DNA of 63,583 nucleotides, the filler included, from Octopus bimaculoides (Eukaryota), in NCBI RefSeq assembly GCF_001194135.2. It is 5 parts of 4 records of this genome, joined end to end, with 100 filler letters (N's around TTAATTAATTAA, not from the genome) between each part and the next. Parts side by side here need not be neighbours in the genome. Positions count along the whole stretch, not along the records: positions 40,566 to 58,071 come from NC_068998.1; positions 58,172 to 61,449 come from NC_068993.1; positions 61,550 to 63,583 come from NC_068988.1; 2 more parts are not named here. One strand, given 5' to 3'. The number at the start of each line of letters is the position of its first letter. Within the stretch, counting starts at the first letter, position 1. The notes under the pieces are model-generated. The model did no database searches. It was given only the letters and a program-made list of their open reading frames with translations, and had not been told where the DNA came from. Positions 51,048 through 63,583 of this stretch are shown piece by piece. The position numbers and the translations under genes are program-made.

Positions 51048-51340
51048 GTGAGGGCACATGACTTAGTGGTTAGGGTGCTGCACTCATGATCTAGCAATTG
51101 TGATTTCAAATCCTAGACAAGGTGGTGCGTTGTGTTCTTAAGCAAAGCATTTCATTTCGCGTTGCTCTGTGATCACTTTGACACCTGATGCATGGTACAC
51201 AGTGCATCTGTTCAGGCAATGTCGATTTGATGAAGAGAATGAGCTAATGTGTAGCATGAACATTTGATCACTGTAAACAAATCATCTATGCAGGTCATTC
51301 AGCAAAAGCTGAATGCTCACATGTTGTCTTCAACAGGAGA
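51048..51340 (+). mobile_element. Family B-type SINE
   Basis: TGACTTAGTGGTTAGGG A-box, GATTTCAAATCC B-box, TTGTGTTCTTAAGCAAAGCATTTCATTTCGCGTTGCTC core. Confidence 0.7.
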
Positions 51341-51384
51341 ATCCATCATCATCATTGTTATTTTTATTATTATTAATAGAGAAA

Positions 51385-51955
51385 AGATCACCAACTGAGC
51401 TGGCAGAATTGTGAGCACACTGGATCAAATGTTTAGCGGGTATTTCACCTGACACTATGTTCTGAGTTCAAATTCCACAAAGGTCAACTTTGCCTTTCAT
51501 GCTTTCAGGGTCGATAAATTAAGTACCAGTGGAACACTGGAGTCAATGTAATCGACTAGTCCCCTCCCCCAAATTTCAGGTATTGTACCTATAGCAGAAA
51601 GGATTATTATTATTATAGCCTTGTGCCTTTAGTAGAAAAGATTATTATTACTACTATTATTATTATTATTATTATTACTATTATTATCATTATTATTATA
51701 GATGGCAAGTTGGCAGAATCGTTAGAATGCTGGATGAAATGCTTAGTGGTATTTCACCCAGCACTATGTTCTGAGTTCAAATTCTGTCAAGGTCAACTTT
51801 ACCTTTCATCCTTTCGGGATGGATAAATTAAGTATCAGTTGAGTACTGGGGTTGATGTAATTGACTTACCCCCCCCCNNNNNNNNNNNNNNNNNNNNNNN
51901 NNNNNNNNNNNNNNNNNNNCCCCTGCCCCAAAATTCCAGGCCTTGTGTAGAAAGG

Positions 51956-52011
<56 letters not shown>

Positions 52012-52180
52012 AAGGCACCAAGCTGGCTGAATTGTTAGCACACTGAGCAGCATTCTGAGTTCAAAATCCACCAAGGTTGACTTTGTGTTTCATCCCTTTC
52101 AGGGTCAATAAAAACTTGTGTTGATGTAATCAATTTACCCTCCCCTCAAATTGCTGGCCTTGTGCCAATATTTGAAACCA
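51385..52180 (+). mobile_element. Three tandem family A SINEs separated by (ATT)n
   Basis: TTCTGAGTTCAAA at about 51460, 51770 and 52053. Confidence 0.8.
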
Positions 52181-54014
52181 ATACTATTAGTAGTGTATAT
52201 GAACGCCTCCATCTTTCTTTCTGTTGTATTTTTGCCATGTAATGCTTATAAATGTGGCTGGAAGTATTCGTTCATATAATTGAGTTTTATACTCATATAA
52301 TTGATGTTTTGTCTTATGAAACACATATATGTAATATAAAACATTAATGACATTTTCTGTATTCCTTTTTTATATGGTGTATGGACACTATACACTAACC
52401 TGTCTGGAATCATGTGGATTGTCTAACCACATCAGAGGTAGGAGTTCAGTGTGGAACTAACCTGTCATGCTCATACCTTTTTGATAATGTACTGTTTTAC
52501 TCCCCTACCAGGTGAGTCCTTCAGACTGAAACTATATGTGGGATTCTCCCTCAAATATATACCCATGCCCAGCAGCAAGAATTTCTTGGGCTGATGCTGT
52601 AGAAAACCAATATTGAACATTCAACTCTAAGAATCTTGGTATATATAAGTTCCTATAGACACTTGGTCTTAAACTCCTCTCTTGCAACCTGGAGAACTAT
52701 GAAAAAAAATCAGGAGTGAGTACTCTTAGCTAAGAACTTCTCTTGTAGTTGTTTTGCTAAAAAAGTAGTTATCAGTTAATTCCCATCTTGATACAAACCC
52801 AAATTGAATCTCTTAGTTAATTCTTTTCCTAACTTGCTGTGTTATATATCTCCCATTTTTTTGTCCCTGAAGCTGACAAGCTTTTTTAGCAGGGAGACCA
52901 AACTGATAGTTTGATAACCCGCTAAAATAAACATTGGAAATCGAATGGAGAAAATAAACAGCTTTGCAAGTTTAATTCAGTGTTTATTGAACAGGAGAGG
53001 TACGTAATTGAAGAAGCAACTTGTTAGAATATACATGTCTATGAAGAGACATAAACAAGAATAGCAAAAATCTACTATACGAAAAGAACTGGTAATGCAT
53101 ACATTACAAGTGTTCTATGAAGAGAACATAAGATTGCTGCATAATTCCACATGAATGTGAAATGACATTAAACATCATATAAGGTAAATGAATGTTTCTG
53201 TGGGAATGCTAACAATGTTGTCGTTGTCAATGTTAGATACAGTAAGAGCTGGTAGTGGCAATATTAGTGGTAATGAAATTCATTGTCATAATGTGGAGAA
53301 AGTAAGCAATAGCTTCCTGATGGCAACGCAAGTTTGACTCCCTAAGCAGAGAAAAACTGATCTATTTAAAGAAATTGCTAAGCTCTACAGAGATGTGAAA
53401 GGTTTCTCTGCCAAAAGAACACATGGCCCATTTCAGTGCATCTGATTGGTTGACCAGGTAATTTGGTGTAATTGTTTAGGGGACAAATTGCATCTAAAAA
53501 CTAACCAATCAGAGCAAATGGTTAAACATGATTTTTATAGCTAAGTGTTCTCTGCTCTGTCCAAACAACAACTACAAATAAAAGGGAGAGAGAATAGTTT
53601 GCCATTTATGCTTTTGTTAATCCATTCTGCTATGCTCTTATTCTGATGTCACTAGTGACTTGTCAGCAATATACATTTTTCATCACTTGTACAATTTAAT
53701 AACAAGCGATTAGGTGGCTGACTAGTTTCTACAATTGGTTGCAAATGATTAGGTTAGTTATGTCACAAAGCTTCAGGAGCCTCAGTCATGATTTGCCTCC
53801 AAGAATAACATTCTAATATTGCTCTAGCATATTCACTGAAATCTCCAGCCACAATAACAAAAGTGCTGTCATTTATTATTTGGGTTGTCTGTCAAGTAGA
53901 TGTTACAAAAATGGCCTCAAACCTGACTACTGAGAAAATGCAGAAATTACTGTTCACCAGATGTGATATAAAAGTAAAAACAAAAAAGAAGATAAAAAGA
54001 AATTAAAATTAATA

Positions 54015-54230
54015 CTGGTTTCAAATTTTTGGCACAAGGCCAGCAAACTTCAGATAGAGGTTAAGTCAATTACTTCCACCCCAGTGTTCAACTGGTACTT
54101 ATTTTATCCACCCTGAAAAGATGAAAGGCAAACTCAACTTCAGCAGAATTTGAACTCAGAATATAAAAATGGATGAAATGCTACTAAGATTTTTGCCTGC
54201 TGCGCTAACAATTTGGCCAGCTTGCTGCCT
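54015..54230 (-). mobile_element. Family A SINE
   Basis: CCCTGAAAAGATGAAAGGCAAACTCAACTTCAGCAGAATTTGAACTCAG. Confidence 0.8.
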
Positions 54231-55620
54231 TAATCATCATTTACGCCCATTTTCCATGCATGCATGGGTAGGACGGTTAACAGGAGCAGGCCAGGTAGAA
54301 AATCTACCCAAGGCTACTGTGTCTGTTTTGACAGGGATTCTATGGCTGGATGCCCTTCCTAACACCAACCACTCCCCAGAGTGGAGTAAGTATTTTTTAC
54401 GTGGCACTAGCACAGGTGAAGTTAGTTTTGGCAAGATTTTTACAGCTGGATGCCCTTCCAGATGCCAACCATGTTACAGTGTGGACTGGTTGCTTTTAAC
54501 GTGGCACCAGCACTGGCAGGGTAACCAAGTAACTCACAAGACAAGGAATTATGAGACGGGCAGGGCATTTGTGCCAGAGGATGAAAGTTAGAGTGCGACA
54601 AAGAGACAGAGAGACAGAAGCAGGTGTCTTGCCACAACAGAAGGGGGCATTAGAGGAGGTTATCCAGTATCAAATGATGAAAAATTAGAGTATAACAGAG
54701 AAATAGAGAGAGGCAGAAATAGGTGTCTTGCTATAGAGGAGGTACATGGTTACCCAGTGAGAGAGACAAGGACAGAGAGAGGGGATAGAGAGTGAGAAAG
54801 CGGTACAGAAAGAAACCAGAAACAAGTGTGCTGATGTAAAGGTGATACTTGGTTACCTAGTCAGAGGAAAAACAAGAGAAGGAGAGAGTGACCAAGGGGA
54901 AAGAAAGAAAGAGTAAGAAACAGCAAAAGTGTAAAAGAGAGCAGAAGAGAGATGATGTAGTGCTAGGGTATGCTCACAAGAAACAAGAATATGAGTGTAG
55001 AACCTGGTTAGAAAAATAGGGAGTGGGTGTGGGTGGTGGTGGGTGTAGGGAGCAGTAATACAATGAGCACAGCAGTGAGGGCAAGAAAGGGGATTGGAAA
55101 ACAATTATAATGTATGGGGCGAAAATGTGAGGAAAAGGAAGATGTAATTAGAAGATGAGTTGTTGTTTGATTTCTTAAGGTAGAGTGGGTGAAAAGTGTA
55201 TTGTTACATGTGGGTGGGATACAACTCTTCTAGCACTCAGTTTTGTGGATAGGTCTTCCCTAGGACCCCATATTGCCAAACATCTCAGTCTACTGTCATT
55301 TCCTCCATGAGCCCCAACATCTTAAGATCAGTCCTCACCACTTCATCCCATGTCTTCTTGGGTCTCCCTCTTCCACAGGTACCATCCACTTTCAGTGACT
55401 GGCACTTCTGTATACAGCTGTCTTTACTCATATGCATCGCATATCCAAACCAATGCAGTCTCCTCTCCTGCATATCACATTTAATCCCTCTTGTGCCTAA
55501 CTTTACTCTCAACACAGTTGTGCTTTGTCAGTCATGCACACTGATGTTGCGAATCCAATGGAGCATACTACTTTCATTCCTCTCCAGCCTACACATATCC
55601 TCTGCAGTCTCACTACTATG
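54231..55620 (-). mobile_element. RTE LINE 3' portion: ORF2 C-terminus, about 1-kb 3' UTR, family D end, (GAT) tail
   Basis: QERRLHWFGY...GRGRPKKTWDEVVRTDL at 55285-55515; the family D motif CTGGATGCCCTTCC occurs twice at about 54345 and 54445. Confidence 0.85.
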
Positions 55621-57425
55621 TAACATAGTTGTTCTCACACAAGTACCATGGAAATTAATATTAAAACTTACAACATTGATGGTGATATTTAGCACTAAGT
55701 TAGCACCCTGATTGATCAGATTTATAATGAAGGTATTCCAGCAATAATCATCCTATTGTTTGTACGTTAACGTCAACTGTTTCCTTATTTATCTAAGACA
55801 CAAATGGATAATTTGAAGGAGACTTGACTGCTAGTTCTAGAAGATTGAACAACTGCACTAGGGCTTCCTTAGCAACCTCACATATATATAACATTATGAA
55901 AATAAAAACTCTAGGTTTTTATTTAAACCCAGAAAGTACTTCAATCCTTCTCAATTTCTTTCCCCTCTTTCAAACTTTTGTGCAAACCACATTAAGAATA
56001 CAACTCACATCTTTGGGACAGTGTTACTGCTACACATGCATACCCACAAAAGCTTATTGGTTGATTGCCAAATATTCTTACAACTACAAACTCAAAGGCA
56101 TAGTCCTTCTATAACAAACCTTACAGTAGCTTCTGTATCTCTGAAGTAGTCAACTACACAATCTTTTCTAGTATACTCCTACTCAAAACATTTGAATCTT
56201 CTCATTTCATCACTCCTACTGTCTCATCTTCCAGATTCTCTTGCAAATGTTGCATCCAATTCTTTCCTCAAGAAACTGTAATTCTCTGAAATTCTCTCAC
56301 TGCCTAAATTTTTCTTACAAACATTGACCTTCAGATGGTCAAACCACACATCAACTGCATCAGTCTCTCCAACATAGGAACCCATGCACCAACTTATATA
56401 TTTCAATTCCATGAGGAATTACTTCTTATCAGAGATTCTGTCTACTGATTATTATTGATATGAAAATATAGCTAGAGATTAAAATAACTTCACTATTTTG
56501 AAGTTTAGAAACCAATAGATATTCTAACAATTCCCCAACATCTGAATACTTTTTCTATAGTAGTTTCTAGATAGAAAGTCTGAAGAAAGAACTAGATTGA
56601 TTAGGTGAGGGGCTGTAGTGCTTGGAAAACTAATCAAGAGTTTAAGCTGGAGTAGCAGGCCAATGTCTGCTGTAGGATATAAAATATTTTTATAAGTGTA
56701 ATTGTATTGAGTACCCTTATTTAATAAATGTAGAATATGATAATAACTTGTTATAATGTTCCATGTGTTATGAATTAAATTTCTATATAGAGCATTGTTA
56801 TACATGTAAGCTAGGCACCTCACTCTACTTCAGTTTTTTTCTAAAGTTATGTTCATTTTTTATGATCTTAAAATAGAATTAAATGGGTTCTCTTAGTTAA
56901 CTTGGCATCTATCACCCAAAACACCAAATCTTTTACTGTGTGTCTACACATGTGTATGTGTTCATGTGTGTATGTATTTTCATTTTAATTTTTTAGTGAT
57001 AAGGAAGGGTAATACCCATAATCCTTTTCAGATCAATCAAGACTGGAAGGAGGTAGAGAGGAAAGTATCCTTAAACTGAAGCTTTAACTTAACCTAGTAC
57101 TTACAAGGCACCCAGGGTAGCAGGTAATGGGTTAAATCCAACAATGGATTACGTCTATCATACCAGAAGGCCTTGGTAGGATTTGAGCTCAGGACAGAGA
57201 GACCTGAGACAAATACCAGAAGATATCCGTTTCGATTCTTACAATTCTATCAATTAACTGTCCTGGGGTGGTATGTTTAATCATCTTGAAAGGATGCAAG
57301 GTTATGTTGATTTCAGCAGAATTAAGGTTAAGTTTTATCTGGTAGTCTAACAACTGTGATAATTCATTACCATATTCTCACCCACACCCATGCATATGCC
57401 ATATATCTATCTATCTATCTATCTA

Positions 57426-57484
<59 letters not shown>

Positions 57485-57491
<7 letters not shown>

Positions 57492-57700
57492 ACTGAGAAT
57501 GTGTGTCTGTCTGTCTGCATCGCTAAAATTGAAGAACTACCAAACTGATTTCATTCAAATTTTACACATGCCTTACTTAGGGTCCATGCAGTGTCATAGG
57601 CCAAAAAAATTTCATCTTCTTACCAAATGCAAGCCCGGATCAATCTCATATCTCTTAGACTATTTCAATATTATATGTCAAAAGTGAAACAATAACATCT
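57485..57700 (+). mobile_element. Probable non-autonomous Helitron-like repeat, 5' part
   Basis: After (TCTA)n(TA)n comes CTGAGAATGTGTGTCTGTCTGTCTG...GAACTACCAAACTGATTTCATTCAAATTTTAC, an architecture typical of such elements (recall). Confidence 0.4.
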
Positions 57701-57806
57701 CTATTTTAATGTGACATATTTTCAGTTTTAATACTTTCACTATTAATACTGAAACTATTATCTCGCATACATACATACATACATACATGCATACATGCAA
57801 ACATAC

Positions 57807-57846
<40 letters not shown>

Positions 57847-58037
57847 ATGAATGATGTTTAAATGTGTATATACATCTACACATATATATTATATATGTAT
57901 GTATATAGAGATGTATATGTATATATGTATATGTATAGACGAATATATATGTATATATATATATATATAGACGTATATGTATAGATGTATATATATAGAT
58001 TTATATATATATGTATATATGTATGTATATATATGTG

Positions 58038-58071
<34 letters not shown>

Positions 58072-58171
58072 NNNNNNNNNNNNNNNNNNNNNNNNNNNNN
58101 NNNNNNNNNNNNNNNTTAATTAATTAANNNNNNNNNNNNNNNNNNNNNNNNNNNNNNNNNNNNNNNNNNNN
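58072..58171. other. Artificial assembly spacer: 44 N, TTAATTAATTAA, 44 N
   Basis: Linker at 58116-58127. Confidence 0.9.
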
Positions 58172-58218
<47 letters not shown>

Positions 58219-58844
58219 CATACATACATATATATATGTACATTAATATGTTCACCATACCATTGTATGTTAACAAGTCTATTGACCAGGAAAGAAAACT
58301 TATAATGAATCAATAGTTTAACAACAATCACACTAGTGTGGATTAATTAGACATTTCTAGAGGATATTCTTATAATTCGCATTGTTTAGCTCTTAAGCAC
58401 AATTCATCAACTTGAGAGTTTCGACATTCTAGCTGAAATAATTGATAATGTCTCTGTCCCTCTCCCCCTGTCTGTCTCTTCCCCACCCCATAGCACATTC
58501 TCACTTTGTTTTTCTTGTTCTATGCACATTTCTCTGTCTCCTTTCTCTTCTTCTCTAGCCAAATGACATTACACTATTATACTTATTTCCTTACAATTCA
58601 ACAAGTCTCTTGATAACATGTTAGCAATTTTTTTAAAGTTTTAAATATATGTACTTTTTTTCGATTCTATATTTCTAACGATATATGAAAATTATAAGTA
58701 CATACGTGCATAAAATACACCAAAACGTTGTCAGACTATCACTCACATGCGTGCGCGCATAAATGCATGAGGTTTGTACTGAAAGTAATGCATAAATGGG
58801 ATAACTTTCTATTCACTTATATCGTCCAGATTGACCATATACGT

Positions 58845-59232
58845 TTTCTTGGCACTCCGTCGCTTATGACGTTGAGGGTTCCAGTTGATCCGATCAACGG
58901 AACAGCCTGCTCGTGAAATTAACGTGCAAGTGGCTGAGCACTCCACAGACGCGTGTACCCTTAACGTAGTTCTCGGGGGAGATTCAGCGTGACACAGAGT
59001 GTGACAAGGCTGACCCTTTGAATTACAGGCACAGCAGAAACAGGAAGAAAGAGTGAGAGAAAGTTGTGGTGAAAGAGTACAGCAGGGTTCGCCACCATCC
59101 CCTGCCGGAGCCTCGTGGAGCTTTTAGGTGTTTTCGCTCAATAAACACTCACAACGCCCGGTCTGGGAATCGAAACCGCGATCCTAGGACCGCGAGTCCG
59201 CTGCCCTAACCACTGGGCCATTGCGCCTCCAC
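58845..59232 (-). mobile_element. Young full-length SINE family C with target-site duplication
   Basis: A-box TGGCCCAGTGG (59210-59220), B-box GGTTTCGATTCCC (59165-59177); TSD GACCATAT(A/G)CGT at 58833-58844 and 59233-59244. Confidence 0.9.
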
Positions 59233-59629
59233 GACCATATGCGTAGAGTAACAATATTTCGCTTACAGTATCGCATTGCTGCACAACCCCACTGACAAAA
59301 GCATTTGGGTAATAAATTTGAAATTTCTGAAACCTTGTATTTGTGATAATCTTAAATGCAAAATTTTAAAGCCAAAATTGCTTTGCATCTTTCAATATTG
59401 GAATGTCATCAATGCTGAGAAATACAGTACAGCATTTTTGCCAATACTTTTAATGAGAGCATGCCTTTGTGTTTCAATTAATTCCTAATAGAATCATTTT
59501 TTCGGTAAAATGATGACTAACTTTACATGTAGGTGATACCGAAAATAATGCAAAAGGGGACATAACTTGTTATTAACTGACACAGATCGCTCAAATTGCA
59601 CATGTTGCTACAGTATGTTGTCCTTTATA

Positions 59630-60615
59630 TGAGGGTACTATTCAAAGTTAGTCTCAATCACAAATGATGCATGTGTGCACTCACTGAACGTAACTCTTGA
59701 ATCTTCTTTGAAAACTGTCACTTGCGCACTATTTTATCCGGTCGCTTTCATCTCATCTGTGTCATCAAATTACTGACCCCGATAACTGTCCTCTCACTGG
59801 GGTAAAAATGTAGTGACTGGAGGGTCCCTGATTAGGCTATAGGATGAACGGAGGACAACTGACCAGCTCAATTTGCTGATTGCTAATTTGTTCTCAAAAA
59901 TATGTGTAGTCGGGCATTGTCTTGGCAAATGGTGATCAAAATATTTTTCGTTTCGCATTTTTCTCCCAACGCCTTTTTTTTTGTCTTTATGCAGTGACTG
60001 AAATTTCATGGCGTATTTTACGTCCGGAATACCACTCAACAGGTTTCAGAAAATCAAGATAAATGATTACCGTGCGATCTCAAATGCATTCGCGAAAAGT
60101 CTTTGCGGATCGATGGCTGTTGACCTCATTAGTACTTGGAGAAGTGTAATGAGTGTAATACCATTCCGTGGTGCACGACTTCGTTTTCGGATCATTAAGA
60201 TATACCTAAGGGATTTTCCTTGTCACCAGACAAGTGTCTTTATTGGCTTCAGGCGCTTACTGAAGATCAAAAAAAACTTTCGTTCTTCTCTCCAAATCAG
60301 GTGTCAAAGTACGCAAATCACTTCATCTCCTCACTTGTGATTCATAACAGTGATCACACTTGAAGGTTTGCCATTGCGTTTTCAATGCTAGTTTCCTCAT
60401 CTTTCTGCTTCATCTATCTGTGCATATCGCTTTTGTCAATAGTATATTCTCCATAAACATCCTGTAACCTTCTGTCGATATCGGACAGCCTGCACCTTTC
60501 CTTTATCAAGAACTCAATGATAGCATTGTGATTCAGATTGGAAACCATTATTTCCCTACATTGTAGAAGTAAAAGAAGACTTATATTACCAGCAAGTGCA
60601 ATTTGAGCGACCTGT
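59630..60615 (-). pseudogene. Decayed mariner transposon
   Basis: TA|TGAGGG terminus; frameshifted remnants AIIEFLIKE...RRLQDVYGEYTIDKS, YLNDPKTK...EW, QDNARLH and W.VV..SSYS. Confidence 0.7.
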
Positions 60616-61367
60616 CAATTAATAATACATTTATGCAGTGGCCCAAATTTCATGACTTTTTCTACGTTCGGAATCACTGCCATCATAAGGCTTTGAAATG
60701 TAACAATTTTCGAGACCACACGATATTTTGTGGTAGCTGAGAGAATAAGCAAATATCTAAATGAAACAGTAATTTAGGCTTTCAGAAGGCCAATTTAATT
60801 CTCTTGAACTTTCAATAATACCATTAGTTGATATAATGCCAATGTGTATGAACATCTAGGCTAGGATTCTTGGATTTTCTAGAATTGTTTTGGCAAAGAC
60901 AATAACAATGATTGAGAGGAGGCCGAGGCAATAACACAAAGTATTTTTCCATCACGCTACTGCTCTTGGTGGTCCACCCGTCATGTGAATCATTAATTAA
61001 TTGCTTCAAATCGTGTTCCAAATCCAGCAGTTGGAGTGTAACTTGTCAATTACAGCTACTCCAGTCCTTGGCTAATACTCTATTTTATCGATCCCGGCAG
61101 AATGAAAAGCTAAGTCTCCGCAGCGGTATTAGAATTCAGAATGTAAAGAACTTGCTGTGTGTGTATTTCGATTTAAACACCAGAGAACAAATTTGGGGTA
61201 TATTTTAGTAGCTTAATATATTTGTATTGTAATTACATTTTGTGATTTTCCTACGCCACTGCCCGGACTGAAAAGTTGATATGCATGTATGTATGTATGT
61301 ATGTATGTATGTATGTATGTATGTATGTATGTATGTATGTATGCATGTATGTATGTGTGTATGTATC

Positions 61368-61449
<82 letters not shown>

Positions 61450-61549
61450 NNNNNNNNNNNNNNNNNNNNNNNNNNNNNNNNNNNNNNNNNNNNTTAATTA
61501 ATTAANNNNNNNNNNNNNNNNNNNNNNNNNNNNNNNNNNNNNNNNNNNN
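61450..61549. other. Artificial assembly spacer: 44 N, TTAATTAATTAA, 44 N
   Basis: Linker at 61494-61505. Confidence 0.9.
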
Positions 61550-63048
61550 ATATATATATATATATATATGCATATGTATATTTGTGTATCTTTGTTACTC
61601 ACGTAGTACATATGATAATATATAAATATTATTTAAAAATATAATGTGCAATAACAAATACGACAGTATTCACCAGAAATCATTCGCCAAGTAAATAATA
61701 ATATTAAGGGACTATGATCACAATAGTACAATACGACAAAGGAAAAATAACATACACAAATAAGCTCTTCCCAATACAAATATATTTTGATAGATAGCAA
61801 CAATGACAAAAAAATACAGCAGTAATAATGAGCAAAGGGGAAGAAATGTAATAAAGTTTGACTAAAAAATACAAGAAGTGCAATGTTGGTTAATAAAGAT
61901 TGCATATAAACACCTTGTGTTTTTTGAAAACAAATCTGAAATGAATGATAACACTCATTTTAACAAAGAGCATGTAGCAATACCAATGCGGTAGGGTGTG
62001 TGAGTGAGTGAGGGTATGTGAGTGTATGTGTATGCGTAACTGCATGCGCCAGTGTGTATGAGTGAGAGCGCCCATATATCTGCGTCTCCCAGCATGTATT
62101 TGAAATATATATTTGCTGAAATCATGATGATATTTGGCCGACAAGGGTTGCGGGATTGTGCGTATATATATATATCTACGCACGCACACACGCACATACA
62201 CACACACATACACATATATTTATATGTATATACGTTTTTTTAACTTTTACTTGTTTCAGTCGTTAGATTGTGGCCATGCTGGGGCACCGCCTTGGAAAAT
62301 TTTTAGGCGAGTGAATTGACCTCAGTGCTTTTTAAAAAAAAAATGTCAGCTACTTATTCCATTGATCTCTTTTGCCGAACTGCCAAGGTACAAATACGTA
62401 AACAAACCAACACAGATTGCGCGCGTTGGAGAGGACAAGCGACACACACACATATATATGTATGTATCGCTGGAATCTACAAGTTTTTTTTTATTCTCTT
62501 TGTTTATTTTCTTATATTCCTTTCTGTTGAAGAACATAGGCTCGAAACGTAAAAAAACTTGAGCTGGCATGTGTAGAGTGAAAGCCTTGAAGCAGGAACA
62601 TAGGAAATGAACGTAAGAGATGAAACTCATGAGACAGGAATATAAGAGATGCTTCGCGGCTGGCAATCAAACCAAGAAAGAAAGAAAGATCATGCTTTGA
62701 CGAACACCGGTCACGTGGAAGGAAAGGAGAGAGGAAGAGGCAGAGGGATTGAAGAATTATGAGAAGAACAAGGACGAGAGAGAATCAAAGGGACAGATTT
62801 ACCATTAAGTTAAAAGTTTTTAGGAGGTTAGCTTTGAGAGTTGTATTCCCTCGCAATCGGTAAAAATGTGCTTATTATAGTAGTTTGACTTCTGGAGTCC
62901 TTCTTAGCGTGAGGCGTTATTGTATAGTAATGCCCTTATATAAATTAAATATATTTATAGGGAAGAATGATGGTCTTTCTTCCTTCTGAGGTTTTTTCAC
63001 GCTAACTACTCGATAAATTCTTATAAAGTCTTTATTCTATTATTGAAT

Positions 63049-63380
<332 letters not shown>

Positions 63381-63392
63381 AATATATATATA

Positions 63393-63583
63393 CAGTAATC
63401 CCTCGACTATCGCGGGTGTTACGTTCCCCAAAACCCCACGATAGGTGAAAATCCGTGAATTAGAAACAGTACTGTACTGTATATTTATCTGATTATTTTT
63501 ATAATTTGTATATATTTATTTCATTATAAATGCAAAACAACACCACGGAGTAATCGACGAAACAGCTGATTTCTCTTATATAT
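63393..63583 (+). mobile_element. Left end of a Tigger/pogo-like DNA transposon, running off the window
   Basis: TA|CAGTAATCCCTCGACTATCGCGGGTGTTACGTTCC...AAAATCCG resembles Tigger termini. Confidence 0.65.

Noticed and set aside
55700-56500. Possible further LINE coding remnants next to the RTE
   Set aside because: Too decayed to assign by eye; needs a profile search.
59160-59232. tRNA genes (also 11586-11660 and other SINE heads)
   Set aside because: A and B boxes are present, but there is no proper cloverleaf and each continues into a SINE body.

Overview
A repeat-dominated stretch of a gapped draft animal genome, AT-rich and saturated with CA, TA, CT, CAT and ATT microsatellites. The SINE families look like those I recall from octopus genomes, so an octopus or other coleoid cephalopod is the likely source (recall, not a database match). 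No host gene can be called with confidence; almost all ORF-track entries are microsatellite or N-gap artefacts. The recognisable coding sequence is all decayed transposon: a Helitron Rep fragment, two Ty3/Gypsy fragments (one Mag-like, with 5' LTR and PBS), several RTE LINE pieces, RTE-X-like, R4/Dong-like and Penelope-like remnants, a TA-flanked mariner with TIRs, a mariner derivative with two 5' ends, a decayed third mariner, an IR/DR Tc1 and a Tigger-like end. At least four tRNA-derived SINE families are present (A, B, C and O are my working labels). The most interesting signals are: (1) a type I hammerhead-ribozyme-like motif next to a perfect 13-bp hairpin (45772-45863); (2) a Merlin-like MITE with an exact 8-bp TSD carrying telomeric CCCTAA repeats; (3) a roughly 33-kb CpG-depleted domain, seen by comparing copies of one SINE, that suggests a methylated gene body; (4) a chain of retroelements joined by (ATT)n, consistent with microsatellite-targeted insertion. 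Four 44N-TTAATTAATTAA-44N spacers are artificial joins, so long-range adjacency across them is unverified. Most repeat boundaries are read by eye and approximate; TIR, TSD and hairpin coordinates were counted.
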